DNA of 63,209 nt, counting the filler, from Bigelowiella natans CCMP2755 (taxonomy: Eukaryota > Protista > Cercozoa): the NCBI GenBank assembly GCA_000320545.1. It is 5 parts of 5 records of this genome, joined end to end, with 100 filler letters (N's around TTAATTAATTAA, not from the genome) between each part and the next. Parts side by side here need not be neighbours in the genome. Positions count along the whole stretch, not along the records: positions 1 to 29,937 come from ADNK01000038.1; positions 30,038 to 52,310 come from ADNK01003342.1; 3 more parts are not named here. One strand, given 5' to 3'. The translations under genes were made by a program, and so were the position numbers. Shown here in pieces: positions 29,754-50,860 of the stretch (positions are counted from its first letter, which is position 1; each line of letters begins with the position of its first letter). Under the pieces are notes generated by a model. The model was not told where the DNA came from. It made no database searches and saw nothing but the letters and a program-made list of their open reading frames with translations.

Positions 29754-31167
29754 CAAGTAAGAAACCAAAGACGTGATGTGACGATGATGATGATGATGAT
29801 GATGATGAGAGGAAACACAAAGACGATAACAATAACGATCGCAAAGTGTACATATCCAATGACGTATAATCCTCAGTGCAACTCGTCTCAGCCGCCAATT
29901 CTTTAACATCAGTCAACCTTGCTCCCCCCCCCCCCCANNNNNNNNNNNNNNNNNNNNNNNNNNNNNNNNNNNNNNNNNNNNTTAATTAATTAANNNNNNN
30001 NNNNNNNNNNNNNNNNNNNNNNNNNNNNNNNNNNNNNCCACCATGCCCATCCCTACCTACAGCGCTACCTATAAGCCGCCCCTGTCAACCCCCACCACGT
30101 CCACGAGCGCCGCCGACGGCTTGATGTCTTCCCCCACCCCCTCCCCCCCTCCCTGTCCTCCTAATTCGTTGCTGCGCGTCGTCGCAATGACCTTCGCTCG
30201 CAGTGCTCGTGGCGACAGTCGTGGGCGTCGGCATCATCTGAGCGCTCGAGGATGCGTCCTTGGAGGGGGTAGAAAAGCCCTTCTCGTCGTATGCGCTGCC
30301 CGTCGTGGTGTTGGTAGTTGTCAGTGGCGGCTTTGGGGTACCCCCTCTGGAAGGAAAGGGCCTGCCGGCGGCGCTGCCTTCGGCGTTAGTTAAAGGTGGG
30401 AACAGCTCTGTTCCTGCTGCTGCTGCTGCTGCCGGGGGTGCTGCTGGTATGCTCCTCCCTGATAACACGAAGACAGTAAGCGTGTTGCTACTGTGGTGAT
30501 ATGATAACACGAAGACAGTAAGCGTGTTGCTACTGTGGTGATATGATAACACGAAGACAGTAAGCGTGTTGCTACTGTGGTGATATGATAACACGAAGAC
30601 AGTAAGCGTGTTGCTACTGTGGTGATATGATAACACGAAGACAGTAAGCGTGTTGCTACTGTGGTGATATGATAACACGAAGACAGTAAGCGTGTTGCTA
30701 CTGTGGTGATATGATAACACGAAGACAGTAAGCGTGTTGCTACTGTGGTGATATGATAACACGAAGACAGTAAGCGTGTTGCTACTGTGGTGATATGATA
30801 ACACGAAGACAGTAAGCGTGTTGCTACTGTGGTGATATGATAACACGAAGACAGTAAGCGTGTTGCTACTGTGGTGATATGATAACACGAAGACAGTAAG
30901 CGTGTTGCTACTGTGGTGATATGATAACACGAAGACAGTAAGCGTGTTGCTACTGTGGTGATATGATAACACGAAGACAGTAAGCGTGTTGCTACTGTGG
31001 TGATATGATAACACGAAGACAGTAAGCGTGTTGCTACTGTGGTGATATGATAACACGAAGACAGTAAGCGTGTTGCTACTGTGGTGATATGATGCGCGCC
31101 AGTCGTGGGTGGGAATGGTTAAGGGTATGCGTGTGCCGAGCGTACTCGTGACTACTCGTCCACTCAT

Positions 31168-31251
<84 letters not shown>

Positions 31252-31287
31252 CCCACCCCCCCCTCTTATTTTCCTCTCCGATGATAT

Positions 31288-31336
<49 letters not shown>

Positions 31337-31825
31337 CGTCTCTTCTTTTTCCCGCTCATGAGCACGTCACCTCCTCCGCTGCTAGTAGATCGCGTGTTTA
31401 CTACAGAACTTTCCCGTGAGAAGAACCCCCCTCCATCCCCCTCAGTCTTCTGGCTGGTGGTGGCCGTGAAGCCCTGCGAAGAGGAGTCTATCGAGGCGTC
31501 GCGTGAGAGGGCGGGGGCGGGTCCAGCGGAGTCGGCAGATTGGGAGGACATGTACCGTTGCGGCACTGGCGGTGTCATCGTCTTCTTGCCCACCATCATC
31601 ATCGTCATGGGATTGCTATCACCGCCTCGACGGACGGTGCTAGCGCCTGTGGAGAGGGTTGATGATGCTGGCGTTATCGCTGCTGCGCTGGTGGGGCTCC
31701 CCATTGACGACGATGCGGCGGTATTAGCCGTCGCCGTACTGCCAATCGCGGGAAGGAGGGGAGGAGGACGGGGGCCTGAAGTAGTTCGCGAGAGGTGATT
31801 TTTAGAAAAATTGTATCTGCTGCCT

Positions 31826-31870
<45 letters not shown>

Positions 31871-34168
31871 ATATTCATGCCATGCATACTTATTAACGTC
31901 TATCGTCAAAAAGACACGACACACGTCGGATAGATCAGCATTGCTATGGAAACTCACTCGTCGCCATTCCTCCTCCTCCTCCTCCTCCTCCTCCTCCTCC
32001 TCCTCCAGGCTTGCCGCACCCTAGCTGCTTCCTCTTCCGCGCCGAGAGGCCTTTTCCGAACCCCATTCCAAAGCGAAATCGACGTCGTTTCTTCGCAGTC
32101 GTTGTCAGGGCAGAACTACCACCAGGGGTACTACTAGTAGCGGGATCCGTAGGAGTCGTCGGAGTACTAGTAATAGTAGTCGTTGTAGTAGCTGCTGATA
32201 TAGTGGGTTTTAAAGCGGCAAATCCTCCTCCCCCCCCCCCCTCGGCCTCCGCCTTCTTTCCAGGATGGGGCGCAAGGCTCATCTCCTCGTCAATCTCGTT
32301 GCCTCTTGGTGCTGCTGCTGCTGCTATCGTCGTCGTCGTCGTCGTCAATGCAGCTTCGGTGGGCAGGGGTGATGACACGGGCATGTTTTTGGAATTTACG
32401 GTGTCCTTTCGATCGCGTTCGCCACCCTCCATAGGGGGGGGGGACGCTGCTGCGTCGTGTCCCCCCTCTTTCGGTTGTTTCGATGACGGCTGCTTTTCCT
32501 CCCCTTGAACACGCGGTGGTTCGTCCTTGTTGCTACAGCTGGCGTCGCTGATGGCTCCTTCTCCGTCTTTCTTCCCAGCATCACCAGCGGCCGCCGCAGC
32601 AGCAGCAGGTGATCGTGGTGCTGGTGGGGCAGACTGGGTTTCATTGGGGATTGTTGCCGATATCATCGTGGAAGGAGGTCTATCTCCCTCTTCATCGGTA
32701 GTAGTAGCAGCAGCTCTTGATGCCTCCCCCCTGCTTCCGCTATCCGCAGCTGATGGTTTCCTTGTCGTTGTGGCTGGCTCTTCATCATCGAACTCCATTC
32801 CCTCCCCCTCATCGTTTGCTGCTGCTGAAGCTGCTGCTGCTGCTGCTGCCGCGGTAACCTGGCTTCCCCCCTCCTCTTCTTCCTCCATCCTAGCAAATGA
32901 TTCAGAAGAAGGCTGTGGTGGTGGTGTCCCAATGACTGCTTCTTTCTGGGGTTGTGTGGCGCTCCCAGCCGCCTTCTCGTCGTTCTGTGCGTTGGCATCA
33001 TCATTGCTGTTACTGTTCTCGCCTCCACCGTCATCATTTTCGGCGTTCTCTACCATCATGGCCGCTGTTGCGGCCGGCTTTAGCGACGCGCTGTCGTCGC
33101 CCCCCGCCGCTTCTCCTTTTGCTCTTTCTCCCTTCCCATGTGGTAGGGAGGGCGTTGGAGACATGGTTGCTGCTGCTGGAGCGGCAGCTTGTTCCGACTG
33201 CCGTATCGTTACATCACCAAGAGTCCCTGCTGCTGCTGCAGGAGTGGGTTCTGGCGATGTGGCCATCTTCCCCCCTCCTATCCTGTTTCCAGAGGCTGTG
33301 CTTTCCGCATTCGCAGTAGAAGATAGAGGTAAGGAGGACTCAGCGTTCTTATGATCCCATCGGGTTACACGAAGTTGTTGGTGGTGATGATGGCCCCTGC
33401 TGCTGTTTCTTCGTTGTCTGCTGGCGGCGCTATCACTACCCCCGTCCCTCCTCTCGCTGCTCCGTCTCCTACCTTCGCGACGCTGTTGTAATATGAGACC
33501 GTCGTCAGATGAATATTATATCCAGACATTTACATGCACGCGCGTATTTATATGTACACATGTATTTATTGCACACATATGAATAATTAGGTGTGGCGTG
33601 GTTGCAGCTTATTGTGGTGGTGATATTGAGGGTGAAGTGCGTGCGGGTGTGAATGTAGGTGTAGTACCATTGGAGATCTTGAGCGCGAATCTCCACGTCT
33701 GCTGCTGCCGCCGGGGGGGGTCCTTCGAAAACCACTGCTCCCCCCCCCCCGCGGTCTATCCCGTCTCGACGATGCTTCATCGATGATTTCTCCTTCCTCA
33801 AAACTGCTTGGGTTAGGCGGCTCGTCCCAGGAAGTTTCTCGACGGATTCCTCCACCACGCATGGCAGAAGGCGGGGGGCGGCGGTTAGCACGTGGGAACA
33901 TGTTTCTTACATCTCGAAATTCTCGCACGTCTCTCACATCGCGGATGCCCCTCACATCGCGGATATCTCTGACGTCACGAATGTCCCGTGCGTCGCGCGG
34001 TCTAGCATCTCCACGAGGCCCACGTGGTGGCCAATATGGAGTTCCATATCCTCCTCGGCCTCCCCCTCCGAGAGCCCGTCCCCCTCCACCTCGACGAAAG
34101 TTTGGTCCCCTACCTCGGCCGCGCCTTCCGGCGCCATGAAAGGATGGCCGGGAGTAGCGATGAGACAT
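29155..34168 (-). CDS. Probable TBC-domain Rab GTPase-activating protein with a long disordered RGG-rich N-terminus; catalytic core apparently lost in gap 29938-30037
   Basis: 3' exons read GEIVIYKTAVAIMSLLKQK|ILEAPFGKVLKLLATEPQKLEIKQLFAAISKVR|VSSAFRRK..GKPK*, resembling a TBC C-terminal helical region. Upstream same-strand exons lie at 34168-~33670, 33266-31944, ~31820-31371 and 30458-~30085. Linkage across the gap is inferred, and the IxxDxxR/YxQG motifs are not visible. Confidence 0.5.
29938..30037. other. Assembly gap with synthetic six-frame-stop linker
   Basis: 44N + TTAATTAATTAA + 44N. Confidence 0.97.
30461..31093. repeat. Perfect tandem minisatellite, 15 x 42 bp (GATAACACGAAGACAGTAAGCGTGTTGCTACTGTGGTGATAT), intronic
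   Basis: Read directly: 630 bp = 15 identical units plus 3 nt, with no spacers. Confidence 0.97.
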
Positions 34169-35072
34169 TTAAAGTTTGGTCTTAATAAGTTCCCTCAGAT
34201 TCTGATCTTTGGAATTTCACTCGTCCTGAAAACTTAGCAGGGGGGTGGGGAGAGATAAGAACATTAAGGGTGCAGGTGATAGTGATAATATGTGGCATTT
34301 AGGCGTATACGTTTGCACTGGAGCATGTGCTTGCGCATGCGATTATTATGTGAATATCTATGTGTAAGTGTGCGCTTGGATTCCTGAAATTTGCGCTGAG
34401 AGATGCTGATGGCTGCACCGCATTTCAACAAACACTCTTTACACTCAAATGTATTTTCGCTCGAATGAGCCCTCACTTCATCACGCGCGCGCACTTTTTC
34501 ACTCCCGTTGCGGAAATACGTTCTTACTTGCATCGGTATTGGCAACGTGTTCTTCGTGGGGTGCAACGGTCAAGATCGGCGACCCTTCTCACCAACGATG
34601 AAAGCTGAATTTGGCCACCTGAGCCGCGCCAACCGCCATTCACCGAAGAATTAAAGTTTGCAGAATTCGCCCCGTGAAAAATTTTAAAATATCGGCTCCT
34701 TCTCCCCTTCGAATATTCGCCTAACAAACTGCACACTAGCGACGCTGATAACGGTGGACGACAATGGAGCTTGAAAATTTTCCAGCGCTAATCGTGCGGA
34801 CGTCCTTAGATCGGGAATTTTAGGAGTTATCAGTGAAGTTTTAGATGTCTCATAGAATGAAACGCAAGCTATTTCACATATTTTTCCGAGGTCCGGATGG
34901 GCGTTGGGGGCTCTGGGGCCACGGCCAAGCCAGGGGAAGGGGACGATGGGACCCTCCAATTTCCCAGGTATGCAATGTGGTGTACTTACCATTTTACATT
35001 TTTTCTAAAGGTAATAATGCGAGAGCCGTGGGCTGAAAGTGGCTCTTCAATTTCCATTTAATGATTCCTGGC

Positions 35073-35122
<50 letters not shown>

Positions 35123-35398
35123 TTGCTACTTTCTCTTTCCCTCATATTTTTTAATTCCTCTTTCTCTGCATCCTCTAAATATTTTACGTTCTCTTCACTA
35201 CTCTCACTGTTGCTTTTTATCTCTCTTTTTGTGTGCGTGTGCGCAGAGAGAGAGAGGGGGGGGAGGGGAGAGAGAGAGAGAGAGAGTTTCCATACCAATT
35301 CATGTTTTAGGAGTGCGCGCACTTTCTCTATCTCTCCTATGTCTGTATCTCCTCCCTCTCTTTCTGCTTTCCTCCAACAACACTCGCACACTCATTTC

Positions 35399-35455
<57 letters not shown>

Positions 35456-35484
35456 TCGCACACATATAACTTTCAAGCGAATAA

Positions 35485-36390
35485 ATGAGGGAGACTGATG
35501 ACATATCTGCATGCTTCTTTCGTTCCTCACTAGCATTATGGATATTGTCTAATTTCAATTCTAATCGCGATGTCATGTTTCGCAGTGGCAAAGTTCCTTC
35601 CAGCAGCAACAAGGACACGGAACTCTACAAAACGACTAAGAGCAATCATCGCAGCTTTGACGGTGGCGGTGCAGGGAAAGGAGACAGAAAGAAACACCAA
35701 ACCCAAGATTCTCCCCCTTGTACGTCTGATTCCCAAGGACATTCCATGCAGCTCGGCCTGAAGGCGTCAATAAAGGCGAGAGAGAAAGCCATGAGTAAGA
35801 AAGAGAAGGGGGGGATGTCACCAGTAGGAGGAGGTAGGGTAGAGGTCGACGACGCCACGTTTGATTTCTACGTATCGAACGAATTCGCGGATGAGACGGA
35901 CTCCTGCACCTGCTCCGTCTGTCAGAGGGCACGCGATGGTCTCAGCCCTATGAGCCGCCCGTACTTGACACTAGAAGTTGTTGAGTGGGTAGGAGACCTC
36001 ACTGCCGCTACCTCGCGCATCTTCTTCACATTCTTTTGGATTTGCGCGTCCATCGTGCACACGTTGCGGTCCTACGACATTCAAGCTACACCAGTCGCCG
36101 CGGTACAGGCGGTGTGTTGGCAGGTGAGCGAGACCTTCTTCATCGTTGCGAGCTTCTTCTACTGCTACTTATCATACCTAGAGTGGGTTTCTTGCGATCG
36201 CGTGCGCTTTCTATACTCGTTCGGGATCATTTACATGATGGCGTCAACCTCCAACTTTCTGGTCAAGCTCGAGCACCAGCGCTGGTTGAGGACAATAGAC
36301 AAGGGTATGGAGGCCGTCAATGAGTATTTGGCGGGGGGGTGGTGGTTCATGCAAGATCAGGCGACAAACGGGACGGCTGCGATCACCTGA
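35485..36390 (+). CDS. Hypothetical membrane protein (about 3 predicted TM helices, small CxCxxC cluster)
   Basis: 301-aa ORF with non-repetitive, coding-like composition and hydrophobic segments (IFFTFFWICASIV; TFFIVASFFYCYLSYL; FLYSFGIIYMMA). The true start may be internal or in an upstream exon. Confidence 0.65.
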   Translation: MRETDDISACFFRSSLALWILSNFNSNRDVMFRSGKVPSSSNKDTELYKTTKSNHRSFDGGGAGKGDRKKHQTQDSPPCTSDSQGHSMQLGLKASIKAREKAMSKKEKGGMSPVGGGRVEVDDATFDFYVSNEFADETDSCTCSVCQRARDGLSPMSRPYLTLEVVEWVGDLTAATSRIFFTFFWICASIVHTLRSYDIQATPVAAVQAVCWQVSETFFIVASFFYCYLSYLEWVSCDRVRFLYSFGIIYMMASTSNFLVKLEHQRWLRTIDKGMEAVNEYLAGGWWFMQDQATNGTAAIT

Positions 36391-37012
36391 CCAACCTTAT
36401 CCGCGAGGGCCTAACATATGTCTTCCTTAGCCATACCTTTATGCTAAAATAGATGATCAACGACTGCCAATGGCATTGTAAGAGCTGAGCGTGGCGGTGT
36501 TGCATTCTACACTGATGATAGAATCTACGTCGACATGCAGTTACGTTGCAAGATATGTGATTCTGCATGATTTATTGTAGCATGCTATGCTATATCTAAC
36601 CATACTAACATAGCCAGGGTCGCTACATAGACACAGTGTATGGTACGGTACATGAGCGCCTAAATACATGTAGTTGCATTGCACTATCTATGTACATGTG
36701 CGTGCTGTATACACATGTAAACATGCAAATGCGTAATTCAGCTAACGCTAAAATGCAACACTATGGTGCGCAAATGTGCATGCGTGGCTGTGTGTGGATG
36801 CTCGAGCTCATGCAATTGATGAATTTGAGGTCGCGATCGTAGGGGCAATTAGTTTTGGCGACAGCGCATGCGCTAGCGTATACACGTGCACACACTTTAG
36901 CCATCTCTTGCTGTACGGCACATTCTAGCGTTTACACCGTGCGCGAGCGAAAATGATTACTCTGCAGCATGATGAATGCACTCACGCACATTAGCGTTGT
37001 AGCCGTTTGCAT

Positions 37013-37076
37013 TGCACAGCTACATGAGGATGACCATTCTAGCATTGAATAAATTTAATTGGTTCATTACATCCGT
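37013..37076 (+). repeat. Dispersed intergenic motif, copy 2
   Basis: TGCACAGCTACATGAGGATGACCATT..TTCATTACATCCGT. Confidence 0.75.
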
Positions 37077-37649
37077 CATACAACACGCACAGGTGCGTAG
37101 CGTACATGCATCGCAGGCTTGACAGCATGAAGACTGACAATGGAGATAAGCGATCCCGATACAAGCAACGTATCTGCATGTACAGTGCCACTGCAACACC
37201 TTGTTATTTGACAAACATTATTTCGAAACTCTTGCGCAGTGATGATTGTTTGACAATTCGATCATGTTTAATTATCATTCGAAGTGAAGGAGAAATGTGC
37301 TTTTTCAGCGTTGTTTTACACCCTCCCCATTTTTAATTAATTTGAAGTGAATATCCCACAATAAGCAACTTGCTCATGAGGACAACAGTGACTCAATCTT
37401 CATGTCCGTTCGAGATGACAGATTTTAGATGACGTAGTGGACACATATAAGTGTGTAAATCGCACATCTTGACAACATTGAACTCTGCATGAAATTTGAA
37501 GGGATGATCCACTAAGCATGCACAACTCACATGCTGTATGAGTTTAATTGTGTCAAATGTGCATCTTGATGCCGATCGAGGCTTTAGCAAGTTGCCGAAT
37601 TTGCTTCCATGGTCCTTGTAATAAGCCTCATTGCAGGACCTTTGGGTCA

Positions 37650-39009
37650 CTAAGTGAGCTGGGCAAGCATGCTTTCGCTTAGAGTCTCCGGATGCTCAGG
37701 TCCTCCAAAGGTCACTCGCGGATAGCTTCTCAAAGCATGGAAAGCTTCTGTACTGATTTGTGAGTTCTTGCACTGGACAAGAAGATCATGATTGACGCGG
37801 AAGTCAAACGGAAGGCGACGGCGAAGTGCATGACATTGAATCATGTCAATTTTTCGCACGCTGGGACATGCTTGCAATCCCAAAAACTTAAGCCGGGGAG
37901 CCCAGATGCTCAATTCTTCTAACCGATCTGCTCTGTGAAGGTCGATTGTTTGTAGTGCGTTGCTTGCGAATGACATCTTCGTCACCCTCAATTTGTAACT
38001 TTCAAAACGCTCGAGAGCTTGCGCTGCCTTTAACATGTCATTTATTATCTTGCTTGGTCCATTCCAAAAGTGGATGCATATGTTCCGAAGCCTTGAGAGC
38101 ATGATATCGATGTCACATTCGTCGGGAATGTTCTTCAGTTCAATCTCCTCGATGTTTGGAGTGAGTAAATCGTTTAGTCTTAAATTTGTAAGTGGGACAT
38201 CTACAAGGCTGAGCTTCTTCAGCTTACTCATTTTTATCTCCAGCGATAATTCTCTCCCCTTAAATTCGTAGAATCCGTCCGAGAGGATGCATAGAATCTC
38301 GGCATCAGGGTGAGTATGTGGGAGCTCATCAATGTCTTTCTGGATACTAGGGCCTACTATTAGCTCGACTATGCCGGCAACATTTCGCCTCAGGTCGTCC
38401 TCCGGTAAAGGATCCCTTGTGTGTCTCCCTCGAAAGCACCACTTCGTTCCTCTAACAATCTTCTCATATCCTCCCCCTTTCACACGCTTGTAGACGATAC
38501 TGTATTTCTTCTTGCACGCGAGGCAGATAAATCGATGCTCTAGTTTGCTTTTCTTCACAACAACACCGTCGTCGCGTCGATGGCGGACCGCATGCGGAAT
38601 TCGGCAGTACCTAATTCAGAATACAAGAAACCACAGCAATCTATTATCTCAGAGTTCTGTGAATGGATATGCATATTGAGTTTTCGAAACATAAGAATTT
38701 TGGTACAGTTGGGATTTAAGAAAAATAGCTTTCGTACCACGACGTTGCAGGGCCCAAACAGCGTCGGCAATAATTAGATGGGAGCTGGGTTTGATCCTTT
38801 TCTGATGCCAAGTCCTTATCGGATGTAGTATTGGATGAGGTTGACCCTTTTCTCTCTTCCAAATTTAACAGGTCTGAGTTGTTATATTCTTCTACATCTG
38901 AGTCATCACTGCTGGAAAGCTCGTTCGCATACTTTCGGCTAGAAACTGCTTTGGTTGCAATTCTACTGGGAACGGTCGCCAGCACTTTCGTTTTGTTTTT
39001 GGCAGCCAT
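37650..39009 (-). CDS. Hypothetical protein with Cys/His zinc-binding module plus leucine-rich-repeat-like C-terminus; exons 39009-38738 and 38610-37650
   Basis: GT-AG intron 38737-38611 joins ..CRRCLGPATSW|YCRIPH..RFICLACKK..WCFRGRH in frame with the 302-aa ORF. LxxLxL units include LKKLSLVD, IEEIELKN, LRNICIH, LQTIDLHR, LEELSIWAP and LKFLGLQAC. Confidence 0.75.
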
Positions 39010-39246
39010 ACTTTAAAACTTCTGAATGTGCTGTTAAAGTTCCTTTAAAACAATTGCTTGCGAGTTGATTTTCCTCACCTTTGGGAACTTCCGGTTTAGT
39101 TATATATTTTCAACGACAGTTGCATCGATACAATGCTGCGAGCATATGTCCTAAGCAAAAGGTTTAAATTCAGGACTAATGCTTGGGAGAATTTCACCTT
39201 GCATAACTACAAAATTGTGCTTGTTGCGAAGTTGACCTTAGTTAAA

Positions 39247-40028
39247 ATGAGGCCTGAGGGGAATTTCTTACGTCTTTGTTCCTATTCACAAGATGGAAAA
39301 TGTGAGCAGTAATTCGAACTCAAATTGGCATTCAGCTTCCGACGTCATACTTCTCATGGCATTTATTTGGGAAAAGGAGGAGAATTACTGGTTTACACTC
39401 CTGTGTTGTTACGTTATGTCAATTAAGGCACGCTGTTCTTGATTTTTGATTCCAGCTACCGCATGCTGAAGTTTGCTTTCTTTCTTCTCTCTCTCCGAAA
39501 AGAATAAGATGTTAGAAGCCATGTTAAGAGGTGCATGGCTGCCTCATTTTTTGCCATTCTGTGAACTTAATGCTACAGAGGCAGATTTTGGATTGTATTT
39601 CTGACATTCTTTCCTCAAAAGAGAGTGGTGTCTGGATGTAATCCATGTTTCTAGAACTCCCTTTTCATCAGATTTATACCGAAGCAGCAGTCGAATTGAT
39701 GAAATCGAGCATATTTTTTAGGAACTGCATGTAAATAATTTCACTCATTCTCTCTTGTCTTTCTCTGCCTCGCTTGGAAGAGAAAACCTTGGATAGATTT
39801 GAGCTCCTCCTGTGCTAGGAGAGAAGGGTTGCCTGGCACTGGTATTTGCGACATGCAAACATCGTTTTTGTCTGGAAAAATAGGTGGCTGATTCGAGTCA
39901 AACCAGCCAAGTTGATCCACGTGCGCGGCACGCTTAAAGCAGTGAACGTAGAAGAGCTGAACGTGCTCCTAGAAATATGTAGGAGTTTCGATTTAATTCG
40001 AGAAAAACTTTCTGTGATGATTTTGTAG
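39247..40028 (+). CDS. Possible small multi-exon hypothetical gene
   Basis: Coding-like terminal exon (WLIRVKPAKLIHVRGTLKAVNVEELNVLLEICRSFDLIREKLSVMIL*) after an acceptor-like site. Upstream exons are not resolved. Confidence 0.3.
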
Positions 40029-40194
40029 TGTCCTGTCGCATCATTGAAATAAGGAGAGCTCAAGTTGTCGCAATGTAAAAAGGAAACTGAAACAGCTTCA
40101 TGGGGCACAATTGTCTCGACACCTCGGATACATGGAACATTTGCATAGCGACAAGAAAAATAATTAGTCGTAGAAATGTGGTGATTGGCCGGCA

Positions 40195-49581
<9,387 letters not shown>

Positions 49582-49989
49582 TAGCCGACCGAACGCAATG
49601 CAGATTAGGAAGTGCCTTCTGTAATTTCGATTGACGATTCACAGGCTCACGACTTACATGCGTATCCATCCGGATAGCGACAGAAGGATTGTCGCTTCTT
49701 CCGTGCTCCCCCTAATTTCAGTCCGTCGCCCCCAAAAGCTGTAAAAAAAACATGCAACCTGCCCAAAAAATTCAAAAATGGCTGCTTCGATAGCGACTTT
49801 AATCCTCATTCCCTCCTCTCTTTACCCTCTTCTTCCTCATAAGTACTAATTGCTGGAAAAGCTGCGCGACGCAAGAGCCCCCATGTATATAGTACTATAT
49901 AGGGATTATACTGTGTGCCCACATAAATATGTAGTACTAAATATATTGGGCTCTTACCGATTGTCCGCTGCAGACACTGCACATTGCAC

Positions 49990-50012
49990 TATGAGACGGA
50001 TGTAATGAAATG
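49990..50012 (-). repeat. Dispersed intergenic motif, 3' half on the reverse strand
   Basis: Reverse complement CATTTCATTACATCCGTCTCATA differs from copy 1 (CATTTCATTACATCCGTATCATA) at one position. Confidence 0.7.
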
Positions 50013-50756
50013 TTTAAATTTTTGCACTATACATGCACGTGTAGCGGCGTGTGGCGACGACGAGCAGGCGTTTCGATTGCTGACAAATTGCGCGAAACGA
50101 TCATGTGTGTGAGCGCGGTAGACATTGGTCATGGCTCCAATTACCGTCATCGAAGAAAAGAAGAATTGCACAAAATCGTGCAATGTGTGGAATTGAAGTG
50201 TGCATGGATCCAACAAGAGATGCACATGATTGCATTCATGCATGGCAGCATGCGATGCGAGCTTGGCAGAACATTCACTGCTGCGCACGCATCCACACTC
50301 TTGTCACAAAAAAACATCGCATCTGATCGCAGTGTGTGAGCAAACGCCCCACACCTAGACACCAACGTGATGCTGCGCAGCGATTGCGTCAAGCCACCCG
50401 CAGTGCATGAACAAAACAAACGCAAGAACAAGGATGCGGACACCCAGAGCCATCGCGCATCTCTGGACCTGTCTCTACACATGAACCAAATATCACTTTT
50501 CGCAGCCTTCACGCCAGCACGGCCAGCTGGAGGCTGAGACTGTCCTTGTTGAAATTGAAGTTTTCGTTGATGTAATCACTGCACGCTCAAGTTCGGATTT
50601 TGACATTGATCCCTTGATGGATCGGTTGATCAATTCAGCTTCGTTTCGACGTTCCACGGAGATCCAGATGCACACTTGCGCCTCCTGCAAGCCTGACCAG
50701 CAATTGCTGACCAGCTGGCAAGCAAGCTGGACGCACCGCCTCAAAACAACAAACGA

Positions 50757-50829
50757 ATGGAGCAGGCACACACTCTACAAGCGTCAAACTGTGGGGTCCT
50801 AACTGTTCCAATGGAAACGCTCATTCAGT

Positions 50830-50860
<31 letters not shown>

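Noticed and set aside
29982-29993. Recurrent TTAATTAATTAA motif (also in the other three gaps)
   Set aside because: Always centred in 44N+44N; it is a synthetic stop-in-all-frames scaffolding linker.
30461-31093. CRISPR-like array (regular period, internal palindrome)
   Set aside because: Units are contiguous and identical with no unique spacers, there are no cas genes, and the context is a eukaryotic intron.
30085-31887. 600-aa ORF as a single-exon repeat protein
   Set aside because: It reads through (TA)n, (GA)n and the minisatellite. GT-AG sites define an in-frame intron, so it is better explained as exons plus an open intron.
32527-33354. Long plus-strand ORF, and many similar antisense poly-S/L/V/M/H ORFs across the window
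   Set aside because: These are shadows of low-complexity exons on the opposite strand or translations of trinucleotide microsatellites.
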